From Macrostomum lignano (Eukaryota), in assembly GCA_002269645.1 (NCBI GenBank), contig NIVC01004777.1, positions 1-35,214 of the forward strand: a stretch of DNA of 35,214 bases, read 5' to 3'. The notes beneath the pieces were generated by a model. That model searched no databases, was not told the origin of the DNA, and saw only the letters and a list, made by a program, of their open reading frames with translations. Made by a program: the position numbers and the translations under genes. Below, piece by piece: positions 13,341-26,010 of this stretch (the stretch's first letter is position 1; the number at the start of each line of letters is the position of its first letter).

Positions 13341-14024
13341 AGTCCCTCCCTCGGCTAAAGCGAAAAACCGCAATCAGTCTACAGTTGTCTACAAATCGAT
13401 GTGATAGGTAAGAGCTGGTAACTCCAAGTCTAGTTCTAGATCTCCATGGTCCTATATGGATGGGACAAAGAACCCGGTCTGACAGCTGTAACTAGCTATA
13501 TGCGGATTGCTTTGGAGGACTGTTACGCCATGGAATGCTAAAATCTGCCATCTGGATTGTAACACAGCGTAAGATAAACTAGTAGGACAAATGATCATTT
13601 ATTAAAAAATGCTAATACTAATTATTAATGATTAATTGATAATTAATCATCTCTATATTAAAAAAATTCTAACGTATATTCATGAGTGTTTGATGTTTTA
13701 GCTTCTGTGTCTGGTAATTCTTCTCTAAACAAAACCGAGTTACGAGCTAAAAGAACTCCTCGGTTTGGGGAGAGCTGGCCTTGAAAACGGGACAGTCCAC
13801 AGTCGGGGCGGGATAGGGTTGCGGAGAAGCACGTGACGCATCCATTGAATCGGGTTTGTGTGCTCTGTGCCATCTGGCCCAGCAATTGTGTTTGCCCAGC
13901 ATTGTCTGGCTCTGCAGTTGCCGAGACCGCAACTTTATTGTCACTGTTCTTGTCTTGAGTGATCTGCTGTTCCCGGCCCTCTCACTCTCAGAACCATAAC
14001 TTACTGTGGTACCCTATGACCCCC

Positions 14025-14195
14025 TGACAGTCTCCTGACACTACTGACACTGCAGTAGCTCCCCTGACACTACTGACACTGCAGCTATCGATACTAACTC
14101 TCCTGACACTACTAACACTGCAGTAACTCCCCTGACATTACTGACACTTATGTAGCCTCCCTGACACTAACTGACACTTTAGAAACTTTCCTGAC
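14025..14195. repeat. Degenerate short tandem repeat built on CCTGACACTACTGACAC
   Basis: About 5 diverged units visible. Confidence 0.7.
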
Positions 14196-14838
14196 ACCGG
14201 GCACTTCATTAGCTTTGTGTCAAAGTACAATTGTGCCAATGGATTTCCAAACGAAGCAGTCGCATATAATGGAAAATTTGCCTGACTGTGGCTCATTATG
14301 TTTTAATTAATTGTTTTAATTTTAGCTAAGATAGATCATAACAAATTTAATTAAACAGCAAACTAAAAACACTTATAGAAACAGTTCTTTTTAGAAAAAA
14401 TACGCGAAACAAGCCTACTTATTAAGTAGTGTGTCGCTAGGTTTGCAATTAGTTTAATGGAATAAACAGTCAGATTAATTGCACCTCCTAGAGTATTCAG
14501 ATTTGTATAAATCTGAGCACACAGACTATTCAAATAGGATAAGTAGGAGGTGCAAACATGACTACTTAACTTGGTCAGAGTATCCTACTCAAATAACCGG
14601 GTTGTTGACAAAGGATCAAAATGTTGCGATCAGCTAAGGATATAATGCATTTTAAAAATGGGTAAGAAAAACCAAGACTGAAAATTCTAAAATCAACCTA
14701 TCCATCGTTTAGACTGGCTGCAATTTCTGCGAAATAAACATACAAAAATATCAATTTGCTACTGGTTGCCGCACTTCACGCTTAGAGACAGTATCTGATA
14801 TAGAGAACTTTGTGTTTCAAGTATCTAGATATATAAAC

Positions 14839-15318
14839 CTGGGGTCGGCAAAGTCTCTCTATACGGCCCTCGGGTTATTTGAAACTTCACAATAAGCAAT
14901 CCGGCTCGCTTTGGGTTTAAGTCTCTTCTCTCCCCTCCTCTCTTCTCTCTTCTAAGCCCTCTTATCTTCTCTCTTCTCTCTCTTCCTCTCTTCTCTCTTC
15001 TCAGCCCTCTTCTCTTCTCTCTTCTCTCCCTTCCTCTCTTCTCTCTTCTCTCTTCTAACCCCTCTTCTCTTCTCTCTTCTCTCCCCTCCTCTCTTCTCCC
15101 TTTTCTCCTCTCTTCTCTCCCATCTTCTGTCACCTGCATGTTCTCTCATTCATCTCTCATCTCATCTCCTTTCTCTCCTCTCTCAAATCTCATCTTTCCT
15201 TCCTCTTTTCTCTCTCTCTCTCTCTCCCTTTCCTCTCCTCTCCGCTATCATCTGGCTGGCAGCCATGAGCCAGATTCTCCATCTGGCCGTTAAGGTTAGA
15301 AAAAATTCCCGACCCCTG
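14839..15318. mobile_element. Non-autonomous hAT (Charlie-like) DNA transposon, 480 bp
   Basis: Imperfect TIRs CTGGGGTCGGCAA and TTCCCGACCCCTG. Flanks ATATAAAC (14831-14838) and ACATAAAC (15319-15326) form an 8-bp target duplication with one mismatch. Confidence 0.75.
14930..15240. repeat. CT-rich simple repeat inside the hAT element
   Basis: Direct. Confidence 0.9.
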
Positions 15319-16134
15319 ACATAAACTATGCTTTGAGAGGCCTCAAGCGCACGCTACAAATTTAATCTATCAAAACGGCATGGCTTGAATTCTCCGGTTC
15401 CTCAGTTTGCACTGGGTGGGGTTGGCGATGAAGGCTCATACGGCTGCTGTACCAACATAAATATTTCTCACCTGGTCTGTCTTACCTTAAAGCTTAAAAT
15501 CCCATGGGAATTATTGAGCATAGAGATTGCGCGCCAATGAGTAGCTTGTAAGCGCACTTACAGTATACCCTTCCTCTCCTCCTTTACCATGCAGCCACCT
15601 TCCCGGGCCTCTCCCTTCCCGCTTCTCCAACTTTCCCATACACCTGACTAGAATGGCGGAGGGTGGGAAGGCGATGGGGGGGGAGAGACCGGCAGCAGAC
15701 AATGCTGAGAGCCGTTCTACCATCCCATTGCCTGCTCATTGGTTAACTGCTCACTGCTCAAAACTTCATTGAGTTCAGCGAGGCCCGCTCAGCCGTCACT
15801 CCCGTACCGCCGCCACCCCACAACCTCCCCCTATTCTCCGCGAGTGTCTAACAAAAGCATCTGCCCTAATATCTCAGGACTTTGTCGCTCAGAACTGTAA
15901 CCGTAGTGTGTAGGCCAATCCAACATTGTGCAGCTGCTGTTTCTGAAAACAGAATTAGAGTAATAGCTATGCTGGAGTGATCAGCAAAGAGAAGAAGCAA
16001 TAATCTGCCACCGCAACAAGCAGGAAGAATAGGTGTGGGCCTCCATTCAGCACTTGAAGAACAGAAGCGGCAATCTCACCCTGGCTGGTAAGACTGGGAA
16101 ATTTTGATTTTATTACTTATATTAGTCAGTTAGT

Positions 16135-17185
<1,051 letters not shown>

Positions 17186-17457
17186 ATACTTTCGGTACTC
17201 ATTCTGTATCCTAACGGTTAGCCCTCACGGGCGATAAGTTAAGCACAGAAGCAAAAGAAGATTCGCCACAGACCATCTGGACGGGTGTGAAAAATGTACA
17301 TTTGCACTAAATCGATAAAATCAAACAGTTTGACCATAGACATTATTCACAGGCTGCTACTGCAACAAATATATATGAGGCATTTGGAGTTCTAAAAATG
17401 ACTAATACGAGTACATAATAAGTATATATTAATCACCTAATTGCTACACAGCCTCTC

Positions 17458-18513
17458 ATGTCCACCATCAATCTGAGCTTTCGATCGCCAATTTATTCAG
17501 CTGCAGCTGGGCACGCTCGACACGACTCGTTGGTGTGGCGGCAGCTGATGAAGCGCTGCCCCGGCCCCGCCCGGCGCCACCTAAACCGGATGCGAATTCG
17601 CAGCCCGAAGCTCCGGCTGGCACTCGGCCTCCCAGCTCTGCTCCTGACGCTGATGATCGCCTCGCATCTGGCGCACCGGCTGGCCAAGGAGCTGGAGTTC
17701 TTCCCGGCCATACCGATGTTGCCCCTGCACTCGACCGGCGCCAGCGCCAGCGGCCGAGGCATCCCTCCGAGCTTCGTGCACCAGTCGTGGAAGTCGGCCA
17801 GCCTTCCAAACCGGTTCTCTGTCTGGTCGGCCAGCTGGCGCCGCTGCTTCCCGGACTGGCAGCACCGGCTGTGGACGGACGCCGACAATGCCGACTTTGT
17901 GCGTCGGAAATTTCCCGACTTCTATCCGACTTGGCGCTCGCTGCCGACAAAGATTGAGCGAGTGGACTCTGTCCGGTACCTGTACCTGTACAGCATGGGC
18001 GGCCTGTACGCCGACCTGGACTCGGAGTGCCTGCACCCGTTCCACCACCTGCTGGCCAACTGCAGCGTGGTCCTGGGCTCGATGTCCGTCGGGTCCGGCT
18101 GGACAGCTTGGCGAATGCCGTCCGGCCTTGTGCAGAACTCGCTGATGTACAGCCGGCCGGGCCAGCAGATCTGGCTGGACGCAATCCAGGAGGTTCAGCG
18201 TATCGCCAGCCAGCGCCGGTGGAGTCTGCTGACGGGCAGCTACCCGCTAGAGGAGGACCGCACCGGGCCGCTGATGCTGATGCGGCTGCTGAAGAGGAAC
18301 TGGGCAAGCTACAGTGGCTCCGTCTGTCTCTACAGGCCGGAGTTCTTCAACCCGTTTAGCTGGTTCGGCAGTGACCCAGCCTGCCGGACCCTTAACGGCA
18401 TGACGGCCGATGAGCTGGAGACCTGCCGCAGGCGCTACAACTCCAGCTACGCCATCCAGTACCACACCCAGGTGTGGCGCCACGGCAAGTCTAACATGGC
18501 CAGGGCGAGCTGA
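17458..18513 (+). CDS. DXD-motif glycosyltransferase, GT32/OCH1-SUR1-like, type II membrane protein; single coding exon
   Basis: N-terminal TM (LRLALGLPALLLTLMIASHLA), IPPSFVHQSWKS, LWTDADN, IERVDSVRYLYLYSMGGLYADLDSEC (DxD) and TGPLML. Intact 351 aa. The true start may be the later Met in MKRCPG. Confidence 0.85.
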   Translation: MSTINLSFRSPIYSAAAGHARHDSLVWRQLMKRCPGPARRHLNRMRIRSPKLRLALGLPALLLTLMIASHLAHRLAKELEFFPAIPMLPLHSTGASASGRGIPPSFVHQSWKSASLPNRFSVWSASWRRCFPDWQHRLWTDADNADFVRRKFPDFYPTWRSLPTKIERVDSVRYLYLYSMGGLYADLDSECLHPFHHLLANCSVVLGSMSVGSGWTAWRMPSGLVQNSLMYSRPGQQIWLDAIQEVQRIASQRRWSLLTGSYPLEEDRTGPLMLMRLLKRNWASYSGSVCLYRPEFFNPFSWFGSDPACRTLNGMTADELETCRRRYNSSYAIQYHTQVWRHGKSNMARAS

Positions 18514-18651
18514 AAACTGAGACATTGCCGATGAAGCCAAAGTGAAATGTGGTGCTTCTCGAATGATTTAAGGGTGCAAGTTTGATGGCTTCATTCCAAA
18601 ATATCTTTTAATAGCAGGGCATTATTGGTCCCTAGACTACAAGTACAGAAC

Positions 18652-19392
18652 AGGGTCCTCAATGGGCTCACAGCTACAGTTAATAGAGGGTCCTCAATGG
18701 GCTCACAGCTACAGTTAATAGAGGGTCCCCAATGGACTCAAAGCTACAGATAATAGAGGGTCCTCAATGGGCTCACAGCTACAGTTAATAGAGGGTCCCC
18801 AATAGACTCAAAGCTACAGTTAATAGAGGGTCCCCAATGGACTCAAAGCTACAGATAATAGAGGGCCCTGAATGGACTCAAAGCTACAGTTAATAGAGGG
18901 TCCCCAATGGACTCAAAGCTGCAGTTAATAGAGGGTCCCCAATGGACTCAAAGCTACAGATAATAGAGGGTCCTCAATGGGCTCACAGCTACAGTTAATA
19001 GAGGGTCCCCAATAGACTCAAAGCTACAGTTAATAGAGGGTCCCCAATGGACTCAAAGCTACAGATAATAGAGGGCCCTGAATGGACTCAAAGCTACAGT
19101 TAATAGAGGGTCCCCAATGGACTCAAAGCTGCAGTTAATAGAGGGTCCCCAATGGACTCAAAGCTACAGATAATAGAGGGCCCTGAATGGACTCAAAGCT
19201 ACAGTTAATAGAGGGTCCCCAATGGACTCAAAGCTGCAGTTAATAGAGGGTCCCCAATGGACTCAAAGCTACAGATAATAGAGGGCCCTGAATGGACTCA
19301 AAGCTACAGTTAACAGATTGTCCTCAATGAACTCAAAGCTTCAGTTAATAGAAGGTCCCCAATGGACTCAAAACGACAGTTAATAGAGGGTC
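18652..19392. repeat. 35-bp minisatellite (AGAGGGTCCCCAATGGACTCAAAGCTACAGTTAAT)
   Basis: Direct tandem unit. Confidence 0.95.
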
Positions 19393-19820
19393 CTACGAGC
19401 GTAAAAGGGTAAAAATTCAGCTCCTCAAATGGTCACAAGGCCAGTCCTTGAAAATGTGTACAAATTAAGCACAAGCAGTATATCATGTAAGAGTCTAAGA
19501 TCACACATGATTCTGATGCATCCAGTAAAATTCTACATACTTACACAGCTTAACATTTAAAATGAACTCCAGTTTTAAGCATAGCTCGTACCTGCCCAGA
19601 TTTTATCCTAAATTCAAATTTGTTCCTTTATAAATTGTTAGTTTCTGTAAAATTTTCTATAAATTCATACACTTCTTATGACTAGTAATCATAGAGGTGC
19701 GGTGCCTTGTCAGGTTATTGATGACGAATAAACAGCATTAATATGTTGAATTGAAATTGTGCTACTTCAAGTTGTGCAAATTCTGACTTTTAAAAATACT
19801 TGTTCATTTCTTGCTCAATT

Positions 19821-22800
19821 GTGTCTGTTTGAGCTGACTAGACCACTTTAAGTGTCTGTTTGAGCTGACTAGACCACTTCAAGTGTCTGTTTGAGCTGAC
19901 TAGACCACTTTAAGTGTCTGTTTGAGCTGACTAGACCACTTCAAGTGTCTGTTTGAGCTAGGCCACTTCAAGTGTCTGTTTGAGCTGACTAGACCACTTT
20001 AAGTGTCTGTTTGAGCTAGGCCACTTCAAGTGTCTGTTTGAGCTGACTAGACCACTTCAAGTGTCTGTTTCAGCTGACTAGACCACTTCAAGTGTCTGTT
20101 TGAGCTAGGCCACTTCAAGTGTCTGTTTCAGCTGACTAGGCCACTTCAAGTGTCTGTTTCAGCTGACTAGACCACTTCAAGTGTCTGTTTGAGCTGACTA
20201 GACCACTTCAAGTGTCTGTTTGAGCTGACTAGACCACTTCAAGTGTCTGTTTGAGCTGACTAGACCACTTCAAGTGTCTGTTTGAGCTGACTAGACCACT
20301 TCAAGTGTCTGTTTGAGCTGACTAGACCACTTCAAGTGTCTGTTTGAGCTGACTAGACCACTTTAAGTGTCTGTTTGAGCTGACTAGACCACTTCAAGTG
20401 TCTGTTTGAGCTAGGCCACTTCAAGTGTCTGTTTGAGCTGACTAGACCACTTTAAGTGTCTGTTTGAGCTAGGCCACTTCAAGTGTCTGTTTGAGCTGAC
20501 TAGACCACTTCAAGTGTCTGTTTCAGCTGACTAGACCACTTCAAGTGTCTGTTTGAGCTAGGCCACTTCAAGTGTCTGTTTGAGCTGACTAGACCACTTC
20601 AAGTGTCTGTTTGAGCTGACTAGACCACTTCAAGTGTCTGTTTGAGCTGACTAGACCACTTCAAGTGTCTGTTTGAGCTGACTAGACCACTTCAAGTGTC
20701 TGTTTGAGCTGACTAGACCACTTCAAGTGTCTGTTTGAGCTGACTAGACCACTTCAAGTGTCTGTTTGAGCTGACTAGACCACTTCAAGTGTCTGTTTGA
20801 GCTGACTAGACCACTTTAAGTGTCTGTTTGAGCTGACTAGACCACTTCAAGTGTCTGTTTGAGCTAGGCCACTTCAAGTGTCTGTTTGAGCTGACTAGAC
20901 CACTTCAAGTGTCTGTTTGAGCTAGGCCACTTCAAGTGTCTGTTTGAGCTGACTAGACCACTTCAAGTGTCTGTTTGAGCTAGGCCACTTCAAGTGTCTG
21001 TTTGAGCTAGGCCACTTCAAGTGTCTGTTTGAGCTGACTAGACCACTTCAAGTGTCTGTTTGAGCTGACTAGACCACTTCAAGTGTCTGTTTGAGCTAGG
21101 CCACTTCAAGTGTCTGTTTGAGCTGACTAGACCACTTTAAGTGTCTGTTTGAGCTAGGCCACTTCAAGTGTCTGTTTGAGCTGACTAGACCACTTCAAGT
21201 GTCTGTTTGAGCTGACTAGACCACTTCAAGTGTCTGTTTGAGCTGACTAGACCACTTCAAGTGTCTGTTTGAGCTGACTAGACCACTTCAAGTGTCTGTT
21301 TGAGCTGACTAGACCACTTCAAGTGTCTGTTTGAGCTGACTAGACCACTTCAAGTGTCTGTTTGAGCTGACTAGACCACTTCAAGTGTCTGTTTGAGCTG
21401 ACTAGACCACTTCAAGTGTCTGTTTGAGCTGACTAGACCACTTCAAGTGTCTGTTTGAGCTGACTAGACCACTTCAAGTGTCTGTTTGAGCTAGGCCACT
21501 TCAAGTGTCTGTTTGAGCTGACTAGACCACTTCAAGTGTCTGTTTGAGCTGAGACCACTTCAAGTGTCTGTTTGAGCTAGGCCACTTCAAGTGTCTGTTT
21601 GAGCTGACTAGACCACTTCAAGTGTCTGTTTGAGCTGACTAGACCACTTCAAGTGTCTGTTTGAGCTGACTAGACCACTTCAAGTGTCTGTTTGAGCTGA
21701 CTAGACCACTTCAAGTGTCTGTTTGAGCTGACTAGACCACTTCAAGTGTCTGTTTGAGCTAGGCCACTTCAAGTGTCTGTTTGAGCTGACTAGACCACTT
21801 CAAGTGTCTGTTTGAGCTAGGCCACTTCAAGTGTCTGTTTGAGCTGACTAGACCACTTCAAGTGTCTGTTTCAGCTGACTAGACCACTTCAAGTGTCTGT
21901 TTGAGCTAGACCACTTCAAGTGTCTGTTTGAGCTGACTAGACCACTTCAAGTGTCTGTTTGAGCTGACTAGACCACTTCAAGTGTCTGTTTGAGCTGACT
22001 AGACCACTTCAAGTGTCTGTTTGAGCTGACTAGACCACTTCAAGTGTCTGTTTGAGCTGACTAGACCACTTCAAGTGTCTGTTTGAGCTGACTAGACCAC
22101 TTCAAGTGTCTGTTTGAGCTGACTAGACCACTTCAAGTGTCTGTTTGAGCTGACTAGACCACTTCAAGTGTCTGTTTGAGCTGACTAGACCACTTCAAGT
22201 GTCTGTTTGAGCTAGGCCACTTCAAGTGTCTGTTTGAGCTGACTAGACCACTTTAAGTGTCTGTTTGAGCTAGGCCACTTCAAGTGTCTGTTTGAGCTAG
22301 GCCACTTCAAGTGTCTGTTTGAGCTGACTAGACCACTTCAAGTGTCTGTTTGAGCTGACTAGACCACTTCAAGTGTCTGTTTGAGCTGACTAGACCACTT
22401 CAAGTGTCTGTTTGAGCTGATAGGCCACTTCAAGTGTCTGTTTGAGCTAGGCCACTTCAAGTGTCTGTTTGAGCTGACTAGACCACTTCAAGTGTCTGTT
22501 TGAGCTGACTAGAGCCACTTCAAGTGTCTGTTTGAGCTGACTAGACCACTTCAAGTGTCTGTTTGAGCTGACTAGACCACTTCAAGTGTCTGTTTGAGCT
22601 GACTAGACCACTTCAAGTGTCTGTTTGAGCTGACTAGACCACTTCAAGTGTCTGTTTGAGCTGACTAGACCACTTCAAGTGTCTGTTTGAGCTGACTAGA
22701 CCACTTCAAGTGTCTGTTTGAGCTGACTAGACCACTTCAAGTGTCTGTTTGAGCTAGACCACTTCAAGTGTCTGTTTGAGCTGACTAGACCACTTCAAGT

Positions 22801-23452
22801 GTCTGTTTGAGCTAGGCCACTTCAAGTGTCTGTTTGAGCTAGGCCACTTCAAGTGTCTGTTTGAGCTGACTAGACCACTTCAAGTGTCTGTTTGAGCTGA
22901 CTAGACCACTTCAAGTGTCTGTTTGAGCTGACTAGACCACTTCAAGTGTCTGTTTGAGCTGACTAGACCACTTCAAGTGTCTGTTTGAGCTGACTAGACC
23001 ACTTCAAGTGTCTGTTTCAGCTGACTAGACCACTTCAAGTGTCTGTTTGAGCTAGGCCACTTCAAGTGTCTGTTTGAGCTGACTAGACCACTTCAAGTGT
23101 CCACTTCAAGTGTCTGTTTGAGCTGACTAGACCACTTCAAGTGTCTGTTTGAGCTAGGCCACTTCAAGTGTCTGTTTGAGCTGACTAGACCACTTCAAGT
23201 GTCTGTTTGAGCTGACTTCAAGTGTCTGTTTGAGCTGACTAGACTTCAAGTGTCTGTTTGAGCTGACTAGACCACTTCAAGTGTCTGTTTGAGCTGACTA
23301 GACCACTTCAAGTGTCTGTTTGAGCTGACTAGACCACTTCAAGTGTCTGTTTGAGCTAGGCCACTTCAAGTGTCTGTTTGAGCTGACTAGACCACTTTAA
23401 GTGGCTTTTTGAGCTGACTAGACCACTTTAAGTGGCTTTTTGAGCTGACTAG
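19821..23452. repeat. 31/27-bp minisatellite (GTGTCTGTTTGAGCTGACTAGACCACTTCAA), about 3.6 kb
   Basis: Direct tandem unit with a recurrent 27-bp variant. Confidence 0.97.
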
Positions 23453-24547
23453 GCTCAAGATTTCTGCTTGATTCCAGAACCTTAATTCACGCAAGTAACT
23501 CATTTAACTTACGTTGTAGTAGACTTAATTTTAGCTATTTTTGTTCTGATAACCTGTAACTACTGTACTGCTCAGTTATACTGCCAGCTTCATTAAACTT
23601 GAGATATACACATGAAACGCAGTTAAATAAATATTTAACTTTAAGCTGCCGGATGGTCAGCTGCTGACCATGGGCCAACAGCCTTTACTGCTAGTAATTT
23701 TTTGGAGTCTATGGTAAAAGAAAAGTTATGAGCTGCACATTAGGCGTTCCTGCCAAGCATGGTCAGCAGCGCTGATCATACGAAGAATGGGTGAAAAATG
23801 TCCTACTTATCTGCAATGGAATGCAGCGAGTCGGTTTCAGCATTCTCTGTGATGACATCATCAGTCTCAGAATCCGATGTATGCAAAAATATCCATGGTT
23901 GTAGCTGATTTACTTTTCAATAAAATGATGCACTACTCGTATTAAGGAGGTGCAGTGCTTTCTCTTTCAAAAAGGCCTGTTTGCAGATTTTAAAGCGAAC
24001 TGTAGTGTCTATTGTTAGATATCGAGTGTACACACTGCATAATCTATTCAGAGAGAATTAAGTGAAATGCACTTTGAACTGCTTTTTTCGACCCTAGATT
24101 TGTCCAAGCCACAGATTCGGTTTATAGAATCTGTGGTCTAAGCCAAGTATAGCTCGTGAAATGCTCCATTCTCGGCTAGAAAGGCTTTGCACAGGGGCGC
24201 ATTAAGATTCTAGCTATGGTCTATGGCCAGCCCTGCTGACCATGTCGGCAGGAACGGAGCTTTTGTATTTCTAAGCTCCGGCGCGAAAAGGTAGGATTCA
24301 GTACAACCGAAACAATGCGATTCCAATTGCATGATATGAATTTACATACAAAGGAAATCTAAAACATTCAAAACTATCCTCTTGGCTGCAATATATAATC
24401 TTTCGCGTGGGTCCATTAGAATTGCCCACGAATGAATCGGCCTCGCGGGTCTGTGCAGTGCAGTCTCAGATACAGATACTCGGTCAGTCAGTCCAAGGAC
24501 TAGGAAATAAAATTTATAAAAATGGGACGCCTTATGTTGAAGCCGCC

Positions 24548-24830
24548 AGTCTCCCAGATCCTCAGTTACTGAGCCTGTCTCTCCAATCTTCAGTTGCTGG
24601 GGGAGCCTCTCCAATCCTCAGTTGCTGGGCCAGCCTCTCCAATCCTCAGTTGCTGGGCCAGCCTCTCCAATCCTCAGTTGCTGGGCCAGCCTCTCCAATC
24701 CTCAGTTGCTGGGCCAGCCTCTCCAATCCTCAGTTTCTGGGCTGGCCTCCCAGATCCTCAGTTACTAGGTCACAGCCTCCCAGATCCTCAGTTACTAGGT
24801 CACAGCCTCCCAGATCCTCATTAGCTGGGC
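24548..24830. repeat. 28-bp minisatellite (CTCTCCAATCCTCAGTTGCTGGGCCAGC)
   Basis: Direct tandem unit with degenerate edges. Confidence 0.9.
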
Positions 24831-25183
24831 AAGTTAGCAGATAAAGCAGTAAAAAACCACACGCACAGACACAAGCGGCTTATAACAAAGCAAGTCAGTC
24901 AATAGACAGACTGCCGCCAATACCGCAAACGATTAATTAGTTAACCTGTTTTCCAACTGTACAGCATAACCAAGGCTAAGGCACGCGCGAATCGAATCGA
25001 ACAGGACAGACATAACATGGATGCGAAAGACAGAGGGAGTAGATTTTGAAACGTGCAGTTCGTTCGAATCCAATTACAGACGAGAGAATTGACCCGTATT
25101 GCTTTTAGTAATTAATAACAAAAGAAACGTTTTTTTATTTCAACTTTATCATTTGATAAATAGTCAATATCACCTTCTGTCAG

Positions 25184-25668
25184 ATTCTGTATGACCCAGA
25201 CTGTGGATTCTGTATGACTCAGACTGAGGATTCTGTATGACCCAGACTGTAGATTCTGTATGACCCAGACTGGGGATTCTGTATGACACGAACAGGGGAA
25301 TCTGTATGACCCAGACTGGGGATTCTGTATGACCCAGACTGGGGATTCTGTATGACACAGACTGGGGATTCTGTATGACCCAGACTGTAGATTCTGTATG
25401 ACCCAGACTGGGGATTCTGTATGACACGAACAGGGGAATCTGTATGACCCAGACTGGGGATTCTGTATGACCCAGACTGGGGATTCTGTATGACACAGAC
25501 TGGGGATTCTGTATAACCCAGACAGGGGATTCTGCATGACCCAGACTGGGGATTCTGTATGACCCAGATCCTGTAGATTCTGTATGACCCAGACTGGGGA
25601 TTCTGTATGACCCAGACTAGGGATTCTGGATGACCCAGACTGGGGATTCTATATGACCCAGACTGGGG
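25184..25668. repeat. 23-bp minisatellite (GACCCAGACTGGGGATTCTGTAT), cut mid-unit by the element at 25669
   Basis: The last unit ends ...GACTGGGG|AGTAGT where ATTC would be expected. Confidence 0.92.
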
Positions 25669-25908
25669 AGTAGTAGGTAAAAGTACGAGTCTATCCCTGA
25701 GAGCACCTATTAAACATACGATTTGAAGGTCTAGTGGGGGGTACTAGGGGAAACTTAAAAAAACACAAATAAACACATCTAATCTCCCCAACAATCGAAA
25801 AAAACCAAAAACAAAATCTGAATCTAACCCCCTAGTACCCCCCACAAGACCTTCAAATCGTATGTTTAATAGGTGCACAGTCCTATACGCGTACTTTTAC
25901 CTACTACT
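25669..25908. repeat. Terminal fold-back inverted repeat, copy 1
   Basis: Arms 25669-25750 and 25829-25908 pair as a 19-bp stem, bubble (15/13 nt), 30-bp stem, one mismatch and 17-bp stem, around a loop of about 78 nt. Confidence 0.95.
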
Positions 25909-26010
25909 ACACAACCAACACTTACTAACTCTTCCAACACTTCCAACACCCACAACTCTTTCTAACCCCCGACCGCGCCGCAGGCGCTTGGGGCACAAAG
26001 GCTTTTATCT

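Noticed and set aside
14479-14555. Small nested hairpin TTGCACCTCCTA...TAGGAGGTGCAA
   Set aside because: Single 12-bp arm pair with no TSD, no second copy and no recognisable RNA family.
17468-18540. Overlapping antisense and alternate-frame ORFs
   Set aside because: Shadows of the GC-rich glycosyltransferase CDS with no motifs.
25669-25908. Fold-back as an independent MITE (also 32889-33164)
   Set aside because: Flanks do not form a target duplication (CTGGGG vs ACACAA; CGTGTC vs ACTTAT), and both copies share a downstream motif, so each is part of a larger terminus.
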